A DNA stretch of 63,074 bases, filler included, from Reclinomonas americana ATCC 50394 (taxonomy: Eukaryota): assembly GCA_048213135.1 (NCBI GenBank). It is 15 parts of 9 records of this genome, joined end to end, with 100 filler letters (N's around TTAATTAATTAA, not from the genome) between each part and the next. Parts side by side here need not be neighbours in the genome. Positions count along the whole stretch, not along the records: positions 51,025 to 52,176 come from AFZH01015598.1; positions 52,277 to 57,407 come from PS015794.1; positions 57,508 to 59,165 come from PS015794.1; positions 59,266 to 63,074 come from AFZH01015612.1; 11 more parts are not named here. One strand, given 5' to 3'. Position 1 is the first letter of the stretch. Each line of letters starts with the position of its first letter. The notes under the pieces are model-generated. The model worked only from the letters and a program-made list of their open reading frames with translations, searched no databases and was not told where the DNA came from. Made by a program: the position numbers and the translations under genes. Shown here one piece after another: positions 51,223-63,074 of the stretch.

Positions 51223-52454
51223 TCACTCACCACTCCGCTGCCTCTCCAGCGCACTCGCCGTAATGGGCGTGCTGCCATCAGTCACCGCTGGCGTCACTTC
51301 GTGGAATCTACCGTCGGCTGCTCCACCGACGCCGCCACCACCACCACCACCGCCGCCGCCGCTGCTCAGCGAGTGACCGCCCGACGTCAGCGTCCGTGAA
51401 AACGTGTTGGACAGCGACCGCTCGGTGGTCTGCGCGTCAGTCGGATACGAGTCGGCAAACAGTTGCGCTTCTTGTACGCGAGCCGTCAGCCAGCCCGGTG
51501 TGCCGCTGCCGAGCGACTCTGCTCCCAGCACCAGGTGCTCCACTCGCGACTGCTCGGCCAGTGCGGCGGCTGCTGCCGCTGCCGCACTGCCCGGCGCACC
51601 ACGACTCGACAGACTGCCGTTAGGCGCCTCCGAGTCTCCACCGCCACTCCCATTGCTGCTACTACCGCCACCACCATTACCGCCACCACCACCACCAAGC
51701 GCGTCGCCTGCACCGTCATCCAACGCTGATGGCATGAGAATAATGGTGGCCGAGCTCTGGCTGGCCTGTGGAGGCGAGCCGAAACTCAGCGGCGTGCCCA
51801 CCGACGCGACAGTTACTGGAGACGCGATATCGTCGCTCTCCGCTTGTAATGAGTGCACCGAGTACGGCGACAGAATATCGCTGTCGTCCATGGCCGCTGA
51901 TGCCGCAGACGGTGTCGGTGTTGACGACGACTGTTTCGCCGACTTGAACCACCAGCCGTCGCCGTTCTCGCGCGGTCTGAACAGCGTCGACGGCAGATTC
52001 GGAAACGCATGACTGCCACCACCCTCCGCACCCTCTTCCGCCTGCGGCTCCACCAGATCTGGTCGGTGATCGGACCGATATCTGCGCAGCTCGTCTCGCA
52101 CCGGACGCGGCTGGAGTGCATCCAAATCAACTTGCTTGGCAAACGCATTGCGCGCGCCTCCGTGTCTGTCCAGCAGNNNNNNNNNNNNNNNNNNNNNNNN
52201 NNNNNNNNNNNNNNNNNNNNTTAATTAATTAANNNNNNNNNNNNNNNNNNNNNNNNNNNNNNNNNNNNNNNNNNNNCCGCCAGCACACTGGCGGTGCTCG
52301 GTGGACTGCTCCGCTGTGGCACATGATTGGGTCGCGCCGGCACATAGGAACCACTTGCACCGCGCGATGGTGGTCTCTGCACACGTGCTGCGGGTATAGC
52401 CGCACTGGCAGCAGCAGCTGCTGCTGCGCCACCGTCGCGTCCGGCGCCGCTCAT
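51223..52454 (-). CDS. Hypothetical S/G/A-rich protein, fragmentary
   Basis: ATG 52454 and a 300-codon GC3-rich frame across a gap; no recognisable domain. Confidence 0.4.
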
Positions 52455-52885
52455 CTCCCTCGGCCGCGAAGCGAGCGAGAGCGCGCACACACAATTTGCT
52501 CTCTGTGTGCATAAACACAATGTCGGATTCGTATGCTCAAACCACAAGTGCACAAACACACACACACGCGATGACATCACGGCAGCAGGCGATGAGAGGT
52601 GAGAGAGGCAGGGAAGACAACGCATGCAGCGCGAGAGTACGCGCAAAAGAGTGAAAAGCTGGGCGCGCCATGACGACCAAAGTGGCGAGCGATTGCACAC
52701 AAACGCACACACACACGCACGCACACTCGCACACAGACGCACACACGAAGACGCACTCACAGGCAACCCCACCGCACTCACCTCACAGAAAGACGCGGCC
52801 AGCAAACAATGTGCGCCTATGGATTCCACTCCTCCAACCAGCGGACGAAGTGATATCAAAGGATAGAGTCGCGCAAGTGAGAGCG

Positions 52886-55800
52886 ATGAGTGCGACTGCA
52901 TCCTCGGCGACCGCCGCCGGCAACAGCAAGAGCGCACAGGCAGGCTCCTCGCCCAGCAACACACGCAGTGGAGCTGCAGGTGCTGCTNNNNNNNNNNNNN
53001 NNNNNNNNNNNNNNNNNNNNNNNNNNNNNNNNNNNNNNNNNNNNNNNNNNNNNNNNNNNNNNNNNNNNNNNNNNNNNNNNNNNNNNNNNNNNNNNNNNNN
53101 NNNNNNNNNNNNNNNNNNNNNNNNNNNNNNNNNNNNNNNNNNNNNNNNNNNNNNNNNNNNNNNNNNNNNNNNNNNNNNNNNNNNNNNNNNNNNNNNNNNN
53201 NNNNNNNNNNNNNNNNNNNNNNNNNNNNNNNNNNNNNNNNNNNNNNNNNNNNNNNNNNNNNNNNNNNNNNNNNNNNNNNNNNNNNNNNNNNNNNNNNNNN
53301 NNNNNNNNNNNNNNNNNNNNNNNNNNNNNNNNNNNNNNNNNNNNNNNNNNNNNNNNNNNNNNNNNNNNNNNNNNNNNNNNNNNNNNNNNNNNNNNNNNNN
53401 NNNNNNNNNNNNNNNNNNNNNNNNNNNNNNNNNNNNNNNNNNNNNNNNNNNNNNNNNNNNNNNNNNNNNNNNNNNNNNNNNNNNNNNNNNNNNNNNNNNN
53501 NNNNNNNNNNNNNNNNNNNNNNNNNNNNNNNNNNNNNNNNNNNNNNNNNNNNNNNNNNNNNNNNNNNNNNNNNNNNNNNNNNNNNNNNNNNNNNNNNNNN
53601 NNNNNNNNNNNNNNNNNNNNNNNNNNNNNNNNNNNNNNNNNNNNNNNNNNNNNNNNNNNNNNNNNNNNNNNNNNNNNNNNNNNNNNNNNNNNNNNNNNNN
53701 NNNNNNNNNNNNNNNNNNNNNNNNNNNNNNNNNNNNNNNNNNNNNNNNNNNNNNNNGAGAGAGAGAGAGAGGAAAAAGATGTTCCTGCTTGAAACTAGAG
53801 CAAGAGAGAGTGAGAGAGAAAAAAGTTGTTTCCTGCTTGTCACTCAGGTGCGTCCCACGAATCACAGAGAGAAAGTGAACGAGGAAGAGAGAGAGCGAGA
53901 GAGTTGTTTCTTGCTTGTCACTCATATGCTTCCCTCGAAATCACAGAGCCGGCCCAAGGTGTGTTTGAGAAGCTGGCGGTGAGGGACATTCAGGCGCGTG
54001 AGGCTCGTCACCAGCAGCGCGCACATGTGATGGTGCCAGAGTTCGCATTCGCTCCACGCACCAACGATCTGAGCAAGACCACCGTGTCACACGTGATGCG
54101 CCCGCCGCCACAAGGCATTCGCATGCAGTCGCCACCGCCGTCAGCAACTGCTGCCGCACCACCTGCTGCTGCTTCTGCCGCAGCTGCCGCCAATGGTTCC
54201 CCCTCGGCGCCAGCCACTGCTGGCTCGCCTCAGGCCGCCGCCGCCGCCGCCCCCACCGAGTCGCCGGGTGATGTGCCCGACATTTTCTCGCGCCTCCACC
54301 GCCTGCACAAGCAGAAGCTGGAGAAGGTGAAGACGGTGCAGGAGGTGGAGGAGGAAGAGCGCAACAAGCACGAGTCGGAGGAGGCCAAGCATTACTTCCA
54401 GCCCGAGATCTCGCCCTCGAGTCGCAAACTCAAGCGTGAGGGTTCCGAGTTGTGGCAGCGAGTCACCGATGCGGATGGCAAGCGCAAGGCCGAGCATTTG
54501 GCGCAGATGCAGGAGAAGGTGGGTGGGAAGGGGGAAGGAAGGGACAAAGGGATAGAGAACAGCGGCAGCAAGATTTGCAGAGACGCACACAGTAGTTTGT
54601 GCTTTGTGCTCTTACTAGATTGCTCAACAAATCGTGTGTGCGATTGCAGAAAGCCGAGGCGGACCGCCAGGTCGTGTACCCGTTCTCGCCGACGATTTGC
54701 GACGCCACCAAGAGGCTGCTGCTGCAACGACAGGAGGCTGAACGAGCGCGCATTCTGCAAGAGAAGGAGACGCTGGAGTCGCTGATCAAGGAGCACGAGG
54801 AGGCTCTGGCCGACGCCGAGCGCATTGAGGCGCAGCAGTCGCAGCGCACGGGCATGACAACAAAGGAGCGGTTGCGATCGCCGCATCTCACTCTCGAGTT
54901 TCGTACTCGTTGACTCGCGATGTGGTGGAGGACTTGTGTCTCACTGAGCAATTACAGCAACATCAAGAAAAAGCTGCAGGAGGAGCACAGCAAGATTGAG
55001 CAGTCGCTCAACAGCCTGCCGGACCTGTCGCAGCAGTGGGCCGCCAATCGCTACTTGTACTCGGACAACTCGCGCCACGAGTATCTGTTGCGTGGAATTC
55101 GCAGAGCACAGCTCTTGCTGCAGGTGTCTTCCTCCGAAAAAACTCACCCGTATTCTCTTGTGTTTTCCAATTGTCAGGTATCTGCTGTCGGGCTTGAGAA
55201 AGGCCGAGCGCGAGCGCCGCCTGGCCCAGGAGAAGGAACGATACCCGCATCAGCCGCAGACAGGCCGCGGACCGCGACCCACCATGTATCAGCGTGCCAA
55301 GGCACAGGCGGCCGGCGCGGGAGCCGGTGGCGGCGCGGGACCGCGCTCTGCGTCGCGCTCGCCCGACGGATTCTCTGGCGGTGCGTTCTCCATGGACAAC
55401 CTGTCGGAGGATGTGGCGTCGCCCGGCTTTGGACCGATGGGTTACACGGCCAACGAGGGTATTGAGTTGCTCGACGGATCGCATCTCAACTATCGCACGG
55501 CGGGGGAGGTGCTGCCGTCCATGGCCGAGCGGTTGTACTCGGAGTTTGGTTTTGTGGCGGCGCAGGTGAGCGGAGAAAGAGGGGATAGGAGGGGAGGGTG
55601 AGAGGGTGAGAGGGGAAGGGGAAGGCAGGGGAAGGGAGGGGAAGAGAGAGAGGTGGTGGGGCAAGGAGTTGAGAGGGGTTTAGATGGGAAGAGATGGAGA
55701 GAGTGGCAGTGGGAAGGGGCAACGGAAGGAAGTGAGGGTGGAGGGAGAAGGAGTTGAGGGAAGGAGAGGGCAGTGGGAGGAAGTGAGAGAGGTGGATGTG

Positions 55801-57215
55801 GAAACTCGTTGGGATGGCAGGATGTGTGTCACGGTCTGTGTGTGAATGTTAGAGAGAATCCTTGTGGAGAGAGCGGATACACAACGACTTCTGTTTGTGA
55901 CGCACGGCAACTGGCAAACCAACGAGAGAGAGAGAGAGAGAGATAATGATTCGCACAGGGGGTTCCGCAGATTGCAGGTGACCAGGAAGAGAAGAGAAAG
56001 ATGTGAAGACTGTGCGAGTTGCCTTACAAGGGACATTGAGTGTGAAGGCAGAGAGAAACACGGAGGAGCATTGACCTCACTGCTTTGCCCTCCCACCTCC
56101 CCTTTCAGCAAACGGCCGGTGTGCAACACGACCCGGTGCTGGTGCGTCGGCGCCGCGAGCAGGAGGAACGCGATGCACTGAACCGCAAGATGGACGAGTG
56201 CGATTTGGAGAAGCCGGCAGAGGAGGAGACCAAGAAGTCGGCCATTGATCCGGCCTCACTGCGTGCCGCCCTCAAGTACTTTGGCCGGTTCGACGTGGCG
56301 TATGCGACGGCAGAGGAGATTGAGGCGGTGGCGCGTGTGTTCCAGCGCAACATGCTGCGCGAGGGTCGTGCGGCGTCGGAGTTTGACGACGACTCGTCGT
56401 CGTTTGGCTCCGATGGTGATTTTGAGACGGCGTCGATTGGCAGCCGTGGATCGCGTCGCTCGCAACGCTCGCAGCGTTCACAGCGCTCGCAAATGTCGCG
56501 TCGCTCGCGCGGTTCGGCTCGCGGACCCCGCACTGGTGGGCGGTCTGAGTCGCCGCGTACTGCATCGCTTGCCGCCGCGGTGGCCAACTCGGGAACGTTG
56601 CGTGGGGGTGCTGGGTAGGGTGGGAGGGAAGCGAAGAACAGAGAGAAGGAGTGTTGATTTAAATATGAAACAAAATATCTGTTGCTCTTTGTCTCACATT
56701 CATCCCTTTCCTCTACCCGCAGTCTGTCACCACGGCAAATGCTGCAAGACCAATCGCGCGAAGTGGACGACGAGGCAGAGGCGGGTGCCGACGGCTCTCT
56801 GGCACGCTCGGCCATCCCACGCCTCTCCAACAAGCGGGCGACACGCACGTCGCTGTCGCAGCTGCGCCGCACGCAGCGCACGCAGTCGCGCATGGAGGTG
56901 TTGAAGGCGGTCACTAGCGAAACCGATGCTCCCATCCAGTCGGTGTGGCAGCTGGAGGGCGAAGGCGGCCCGATGGCGGATGCGTTGAGCATGAGCTCGC
57001 GGGCGTCGCGTGCCTCGGCATTTGCCGAGTTGGAGCAGGCGCACGACCGTGTGGCTGCCTCGATGCGTGCCTCGTCGGTGCCGGCTCACGTGCTGCACCA
57101 GCGACCGCACTCGAATCCGCACTCGCGCTCAGGCTCTGGTTCGGCTACAGCCTCGCCACCGTTGTCGCCGGCGTCTGCCGATCATGTGCGAAGTGCCGTG
57201 GCGCCACCGGCTTGA
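52886..57215 (+). CDS. Uncharacterised charged protein with repeated (F/Y)xF/HxPx(I/T) and F.RL motifs
   Basis: VFEKLA..FAFAPRTN, IFSRLH..YFQPEI, LWQRV..YPFSPTI, YPHQPQT, MAERLY; exons joined by GT-AG; TGA 57213-57215. Confidence 0.6.
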
Positions 57216-58807
57216 GAATGTGAGGGGGAAGGGGGAAGGGGGGAAAGGGGGGAAGGGGAGAAGGGGGAAGGGATTTCTTTCTTTTTTAAGACATCTATTG
57301 TGGAATGTACGATGTGGTGATTTGGCAACAACAGCGAACGTGCAGAAGAGCAGCTGTCTTGCAACCACAATTCATTCACCAACAAACAAGCAACAGCTGT
57401 CTTGATGNNNNNNNNNNNNNNNNNNNNNNNNNNNNNNNNNNNNNNNNNNNNTTAATTAATTAANNNNNNNNNNNNNNNNNNNNNNNNNNNNNNNNNNNNN
57501 NNNNNNNACCAATTTCAATCGTTTCCAACACATCAACACAGACACCAATCTTGAGGCAGCAGCAGGTTCCTTGTGTGTGTGTTCGCTCTCGGAGCTCCGA
57601 ACAAGTCGAGAACTGCGATATTCAAGGAATTGGATTTGACGCACTTGCATAGACGCATAGCGTATTCTGCGATCGTACACGGCACATCGAATTCGGGAAA
57701 AGGCCATAAGCCCGGCAAACAAAGCAAAGCCGGGTCCGGATCGTGAAGCAGGCAAAGCAAAAGCAGTGGTGGCGATGTACAGTAGTTGAACAAAGAGAGC
57801 TTGCACAGTGTTGGTGGGGCTCATATCGGTGGTGGCTTGAGCAGGTGGTAGTCCGGATCCGTGAAACAAGCAAGGCAATGAAGTCGTCGTTAGTTCTCGG
57901 TCATGGGAAGCAAGAGCGAAAGATGAGCCGTGGTTTCTCTTGCACAAAAGCCAGCATTAGCCATCTCGACTTTTTCTCGATTTTCTCGTGATGTCTGGGT
58001 TTCTGGTGCTCACTCAAGATGGTGATCATCATGCAGCTGTGCGACTGTTTGGATTGTTAAAGTTGTTGTTGTTGTTGTTGTCGAAAGCTTCTCAATCGAT
58101 CTGTTCGATATCACTCGAATATCGAGCGCTCGAGCCGGTTTGCCGAATCCGGATTCGATCAGAAGCCACGGGCCTTTCTAGCCACAGATAACCGGAGACG
58201 GCTCAAACTTGCGTCCTTGTATTCTCTAAATTTTTGCAAACGAACTGGTGACGCAGAGAGCTGGTTTTTATTGGTTGGAATTCGAATTCGAACAGACAAA
58301 AAATGTGCCTCCGTCGTTGCTGTCGTTCTCGCCAGATCGAAACTCCCCCTCTTCAGAACTGCCAATCCTCCACTTCTGCACGCCGCAAACACACGCAACA
58401 CGCTCGAAAGCCACAAGCGGCAGTTTCGCCAATCCAATTCGCGAATTTTTGTCCCGATTTTGGCCGATTATCAGTGTGTGTNNNNNNNNNNNNNNNNNNN
58501 NNNNNNNNNNNNNNNNNNNNNNNNNNNNNNNNNNNNNNNNNNNNNNNNNNNNNNNNNNNNNNNNNNNNNNNNNNNNNNNNNNNNNNNNNNNNNNNNNNNN
58601 NNNNNNNNNNNNNNNNNNNNNNNNNNNNNNNNNNNNNNNNNNNNNNNNNNNNNNNNNNNNNNNNNNNNNNNNNNNNNNNNNNNNNNNNNNNNNNNNNNNN
58701 NNNNNNNNNNNNNNNNNNNNNNNNNNNNNNNNNNNNNNNNNNNNNNNNNNNNNNNNNNNNNNNNNNNNNNNNNNNNNNNNNNNNNNNNNNNNNNNNNNNN
58801 NNNNNNN

Positions 58808-59104
58808 TGTGAACTCCATCACCACAGAGGCCTCGTCGTCTTCTGACATGGCCAGCGACGACGAAGGCACATGGTGATGATGATGATGTTGGTGATGTTG
58901 GTGACTGTGTGGGTATGTCTCTACCACAAGAGGCGCTGCGGCGGCGGCTGCTGCTTGTGTTGGAGGTGGTGGTGGTGGTGGTGGAGGGTGAGAGGGCGGT
59001 CCCGTGTGATGGAGCAAGTGGTGATGATGGTGAGGTGTGGGACCTGCGCCCCAACCCGGTGCGGTGGGGAAGCCACTGGCGACTGCCGGGCGTGCGGCAG
59101 CCAT
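58808..59104 (-). CDS. His/Pro-rich N-terminal fragment of an unknown gene
   Basis: ATG 59104, open to the gap. Confidence 0.35.
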
Positions 59105-59268
59105 GATAGTGGGGGGGTGGGGTAGGCGAGGTGGAGAGAAGGAGTGGGGCGCGCCGCCTCTGCTCNNNNNNNNNNNNNNNNNNNNNNNNNNNNNNNNNNN
59201 NNNNNNNNNTTAATTAATTAANNNNNNNNNNNNNNNNNNNNNNNNNNNNNNNNNNNNNNNNNNNNGAG

Positions 59269-59316
<48 letters not shown>

Positions 59317-59379
59317 GAGAGAGAGAAAAAGAGATAGAGAGACAGTGCAGGTTTCTCGTTGATTGTCTCGCTTGTGCAG

Positions 59380-61950
59380 AGGTGCCTCCTGAGAAGCCCG
59401 AGGCTATTGTCATTGTGAGTCCACACTGGCAGACAAGGTAATGGACTTGCTGAATGTACACTCTCTGTCTTCACTCACTCACTCGTGACTCGTCACAGAT
59501 CTTCATTGTATGTTTCATCGCCGGCCAAGTGGAATACGTTCTACGACTTTGGATTCCCGCTGCCGCACTTGTATCAGCTCAAGTATGAGCCGCCGGGAGG
59601 ATCGCCCGAGTTGGTGCAGGAGATTGGTGAGGGAGCATTCTCGATATCTCTGCGCGCTTGTCTCGGTCCCCGCAAGTCAGCGGAAGTTGTCTGCTCCTCT
59701 TCTGATGCATTGTTCGTCAACACTGCCTCTGTGGTCCTTTGTGACTCTCCCTGTCTCGGCAATCTTGCCTCTCTCCTCTCAGGTTGTCTTCTCCTCTGTC
59801 GCTCAACACGCTCCAAGCGCTGCTGCTACCCTCAGGTTTTGTTTGCTCTATTTCTCTGCGCTTTCGCCTCTCTCCTCTCAAGACCGCCGAAGCTGCACTG
59901 TTGTTCTCGGTTCTGGTGACTGCTCACTCTATCGCTTGCCTTGTTCTTATCCCGTTCCCCCTCAGCACTGCCTCAGTGGTCCTTTGTGATTCTCGATGAC
60001 TCTGCGTCACTCCTCTCGAGTTGTCTGCTCCTCTTCTGATGCATTGCCGTCCTCTGCTGCTTGCCGTGTTCTTATCGATCTCCCTCTGGTCAACACGCTC
60101 CAGTCGCATCTTCCGTTGTTCTTTGTAATTCTGCTCTTTGTTGCGTGCTCCTCTTCTGATCCGCACTCTGTCGCCTGTCTTCTTGTCGTCCCTTCTCAGG
60201 CCAACAGTGCTTCTGTGGTCTTCCCTCAAGCCTCACCGCTGAAGTTTTCTGTTCCTTCTGTGATCCATTGCTGTTCTCGCACGCTCTCATGTCGGTTCTT
60301 CGTCTGCCATCCTTCCTCAGTTGCCTCGTCATTCACGGCCTCTCCAGCCCATTGCTTTGTTTAATCGCGCTCTGTTGTGTGCCTTCTTCATTGGCGCACT
60401 CTCTCTTTTCCCGCTGTCTTCAGTGCTTTGCACTTTCCCTCGTCGCTGATCCATTTGTTTGTCGTTTCTCACATCCCCTCCCTCTCCTTCTTCGCCTCAT
60501 TCTTCGCACGCTTCGCTCTTCCTTTCTTGTCTTCTCACACCCTATCCTTCTCCTCGTCGCAGTGTCCCTCCTCTCCGCCGATTTTGGCAAAGAGCTGCGC
60601 GTGGAGGCCAAGAACCGCAAGGAGGGCCTCGATCACGGAGCCTGGGGACCCCTCTATGCCGCCTTCCCTGGCGCCACGGTCCCCGTGATTCAGGTGCGCA
60701 TGCTGTGCTGCACCCTCGCGAACCACGCCCTTCTCATCTTGGTGCAGATTTCGATGGACGCCAGCGACGACCCTCGCACGCAGCTGCAAGTCGGACGCTC
60801 ACTGGCACAGCTTCGCAAGAAGCACCCAGAACTGCTGCTGATCGGCAGCGGTGCTGTTACGCACAACTTGCGGTTTGTCGATCACTCAAGCGCAGTGTTT
60901 CCTCTCTTCTGTCTCATCTTTCCGCCTTCTGTTCTCTATATCTGTCTGTCTCTCTGTCTATGTGTTCTCTCGCGATGTCGTGCTTTCCCATTCTCTTCCC
61001 CTTCCTCCTCTCCTCGCTCTTTCTCTTTCGACGTCAGTCCTTCTCCCTCCCCCTCCTATTTCACTCTCTCTCTCTCTCTCCAAGTCTCTTTCGTTTCATT
61101 CATCTTCACCTTTCCGTTTCCGTCACTTCTTTCTCGCGCGCCCCACCTCACTTCTCCTCTCTCGTTCTCTCTTGTCTTGCTCTTTCATCTTCAGTCCTTC
61201 TCCCTCCTCAGTTTTCTTTTCCTCTCCCCCTCCCCTTGTGTCTCTCAGTCTCTTTTCTTTTTTCATGCTCACTCCCTCCCTCACTTCTCTCTCGCGTTAT
61301 CGCATTCTCTTCTCTTCCCCCTCCCATTCCTTCTCTCCTCGCTCTTTTTCTTCCCCCTCCTCGTTCACTCACTCTCTCTCTCTCGGCTCTCTCATTTCTT
61401 TTCATCTTCGCCTCACTTCTCCCTTCCCTTCTCCCTCCCCCTCCCCTCACTTCTCCCTCCCCCTTCCCCTCTCCACCCCTTCCCCTCCCCAGCGAGGGCT
61501 TCACGGGCATGGACATGGACGTCATGTACGAGGCCGGTGCGAGCACCACCCTCCCCGTCTCCTTCTTCCCGGTGCTGGAGCCGGCGGACTGGGCGCTCGA
61601 GTTCATCGACACGGTGGTGAACAGTCTGCGCAAGGTCGCCGACCCATCGCAGGATGCCGACAAGACTCTGCAACAGAAGCAAGAGGCCGCCATCACCACC
61701 ATCTTCTCCGACCGCATGCTGCTCCGTCGTGCGCACCCGACCGTAGAACACCTGAATCCGCTGTTCTTTGCGCTCGGAGCGGCCTCGGACGAGGATGCGT
61801 CGCCGGTGAGTAAGTTTTGGCGGTGCACGTCCACACGCCGCACCCGATTGCTCACCGTTCTCCATCACACAGCACTCGGTGGCATTCCACGAGATCAGTC
61901 GGTCAATTCTCGGGTCCAACCTGGGCATGGATATCTACGCCTTTGGATAA
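59380..61950 (+). CDS. LigB-family extradiol ring-cleavage dioxygenase (DODA/YgiD type), 5' partial
   Basis: KPEAIVIVSPHW, YDFGFP..LYQLKY, GLDHGAWGPL..FP..VPVIQ|IS, LLIGSGAVTHNL, RAHPTVEHLNPLFFALGA; TAA 61948-61950. Confidence 0.93.
59680..60230 (+). repeat. Degenerate internal duplications in a dioxygenase intron
   Basis: GTTGTCTGCTCCTCTTCTGATGCATTG at ~59686 and ~60020; CACTGCCTC(T/A)GTGGTCCTTTGTGA at ~59721 and ~59966. Confidence 0.7.
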
Positions 61951-62044
61951 AAGAAAAGAGAAGACCGAGCAATGTACAGTTCTCAGTAGTTCGTGCTCGT
62001 TTTTATCGCGCCTCCTCCTCCTCCTCCTCCCGATCGCCGCCTAT

Positions 62045-63074
62045 TCACAACTGTGAAAAGTCCTCGGGTGTTTCGTCGGCGGCCGCTCGCCCCGCACCGC
62101 GCTCCTGTTGCGCGGCATCCAGCCGAATGATCTTGATGGCCTCGTCCTCCGTGATGCGATGTAGCGAGGAGACCTTGTTGCGGAAGGTGATGCCGTAGCA
62201 CGCGTCGGCATGCCTGACGAGCTCCTCACGGAAAGTGGTGGTGATGAACTGCGCGGGGTTCTCGGGATCCTCGGCCAGCTCACGAATGAGCTCGGCGACG
62301 GCGGTGCGGTACGCTGGATCGAGCGCCGCGTCGACCTCGTCAAAGAGGTAGAACGGCGCCGGATCACTTCGCTGAATGGCGAAAATCAGCGCCAAACTGA
62401 CCAGCGTCTTCTGGCCGCCGCTGAGGTGCGACAAGAACTGCGACTGCACCACGCCGGGGAACTTGACGCGGATCTGCACGCCACTGTAGCGCAACTGGCC
62501 ACCGGCACCCGCCGATGGCGCAGCGCTGGAAGATGCACCGTCCTGTGTTGGTGCATGCAGTGAGTCTTCTGACTCCCAGAGGAATTATGTTGCCTCAAAA
62601 CGCAACTTCATCCTCCTGCGACTGCCCGACGGCGCTGCGTATCATGACCATCTGCGCCGATCCACCCGGCACCAGCTTCTCAAAGATCTGCCGGAAGTGC
62701 CCGTCCACCTGCTTGAAAGTGCGGTTGATCTTTTCCTCCTTTTGTGCATCCAGCAAGTCGATCAGCTCGTCAATCGACTGCGACACGGAGAGAGAAACAC
62801 ATGAGTATCACCACCTTCATCCCCACTCCTCCTCCGTCCACCACCTTCACTCACCTTTTCGCCCGCATCGAGCTCCTCCATGCGCTCGTGCAGCTTGTCG
62901 CGCTGGTCGCGAATCTGCTCGAATTGCTCGAGTGCCTTCTTGTTGACGCCAGTGTGCTCGCCGAGCTCATTGCGCAGCTCGTTAAGGCGTTCGTTGAGTC
63001 GCGTCTTCGCCCCGCGACCCTTAAGCTCGTTGCGGTAGTGGTCGACGCGATCTTGCGGGGCGGAGCGCAGGTCG
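62045..63074 (-). CDS. SMC3: Cohesin SMC3, C-terminal part
   Basis: VNKKALEQF, INRTFKQV..F..IFEKLVPGG, YSGVQIRVKF, LSGGQKTLVSLALIFAIQRSDPAPFYLFDEVDAALD, QFITTTFREEL. Confidence 0.97.

Overview
A gappy draft scaffold from an intron-rich, GC-rich unicellular eukaryote. Introns are mostly 60-120 nt GT-AG with CTCAC/CTGAC branch-like motifs, and GA/CA microsatellites are abundant. The ~100-nt N-TTAATTAATTAA-N blocks are artificial gap linkers; at least one gene (V-ATPase c'') runs across one in the correct order. The ORF track is largely uninformative because genes are spliced, so all models below were spliced by hand and exon boundaries are predictions. Recognisable genes: a degenerate kinesin-14-like motor, a PH-domain protein, V-ATPase c'', NSA2, NDUFA11/B14.7, a hybrid histidine kinase, eIF4B, a mitochondrial carrier, a HEXIM-like gene, SPT5, a BAH+SET methyltransferase, cohesin STAG/Scc3, a LigB/DODA dioxygenase and SMC3. 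Top observations: (1) at least 24 introns use a one-base-shifted donor class (GTTGCG/GTTTCG/GTTCCG, usually preceded by A, rarely G); (2) a HEXIM-like P-TEFb inhibitor gene lies head-to-head with SPT5, 80 bp apart; (3) 6- and 8-nt microexons fall inside key functional motifs; (4) an apparently catalytically dead kinesin-14; (5) a BAH domain on a SUV39/G9a-like SET enzyme. Family assignments come from recalled motifs; no database search was run.
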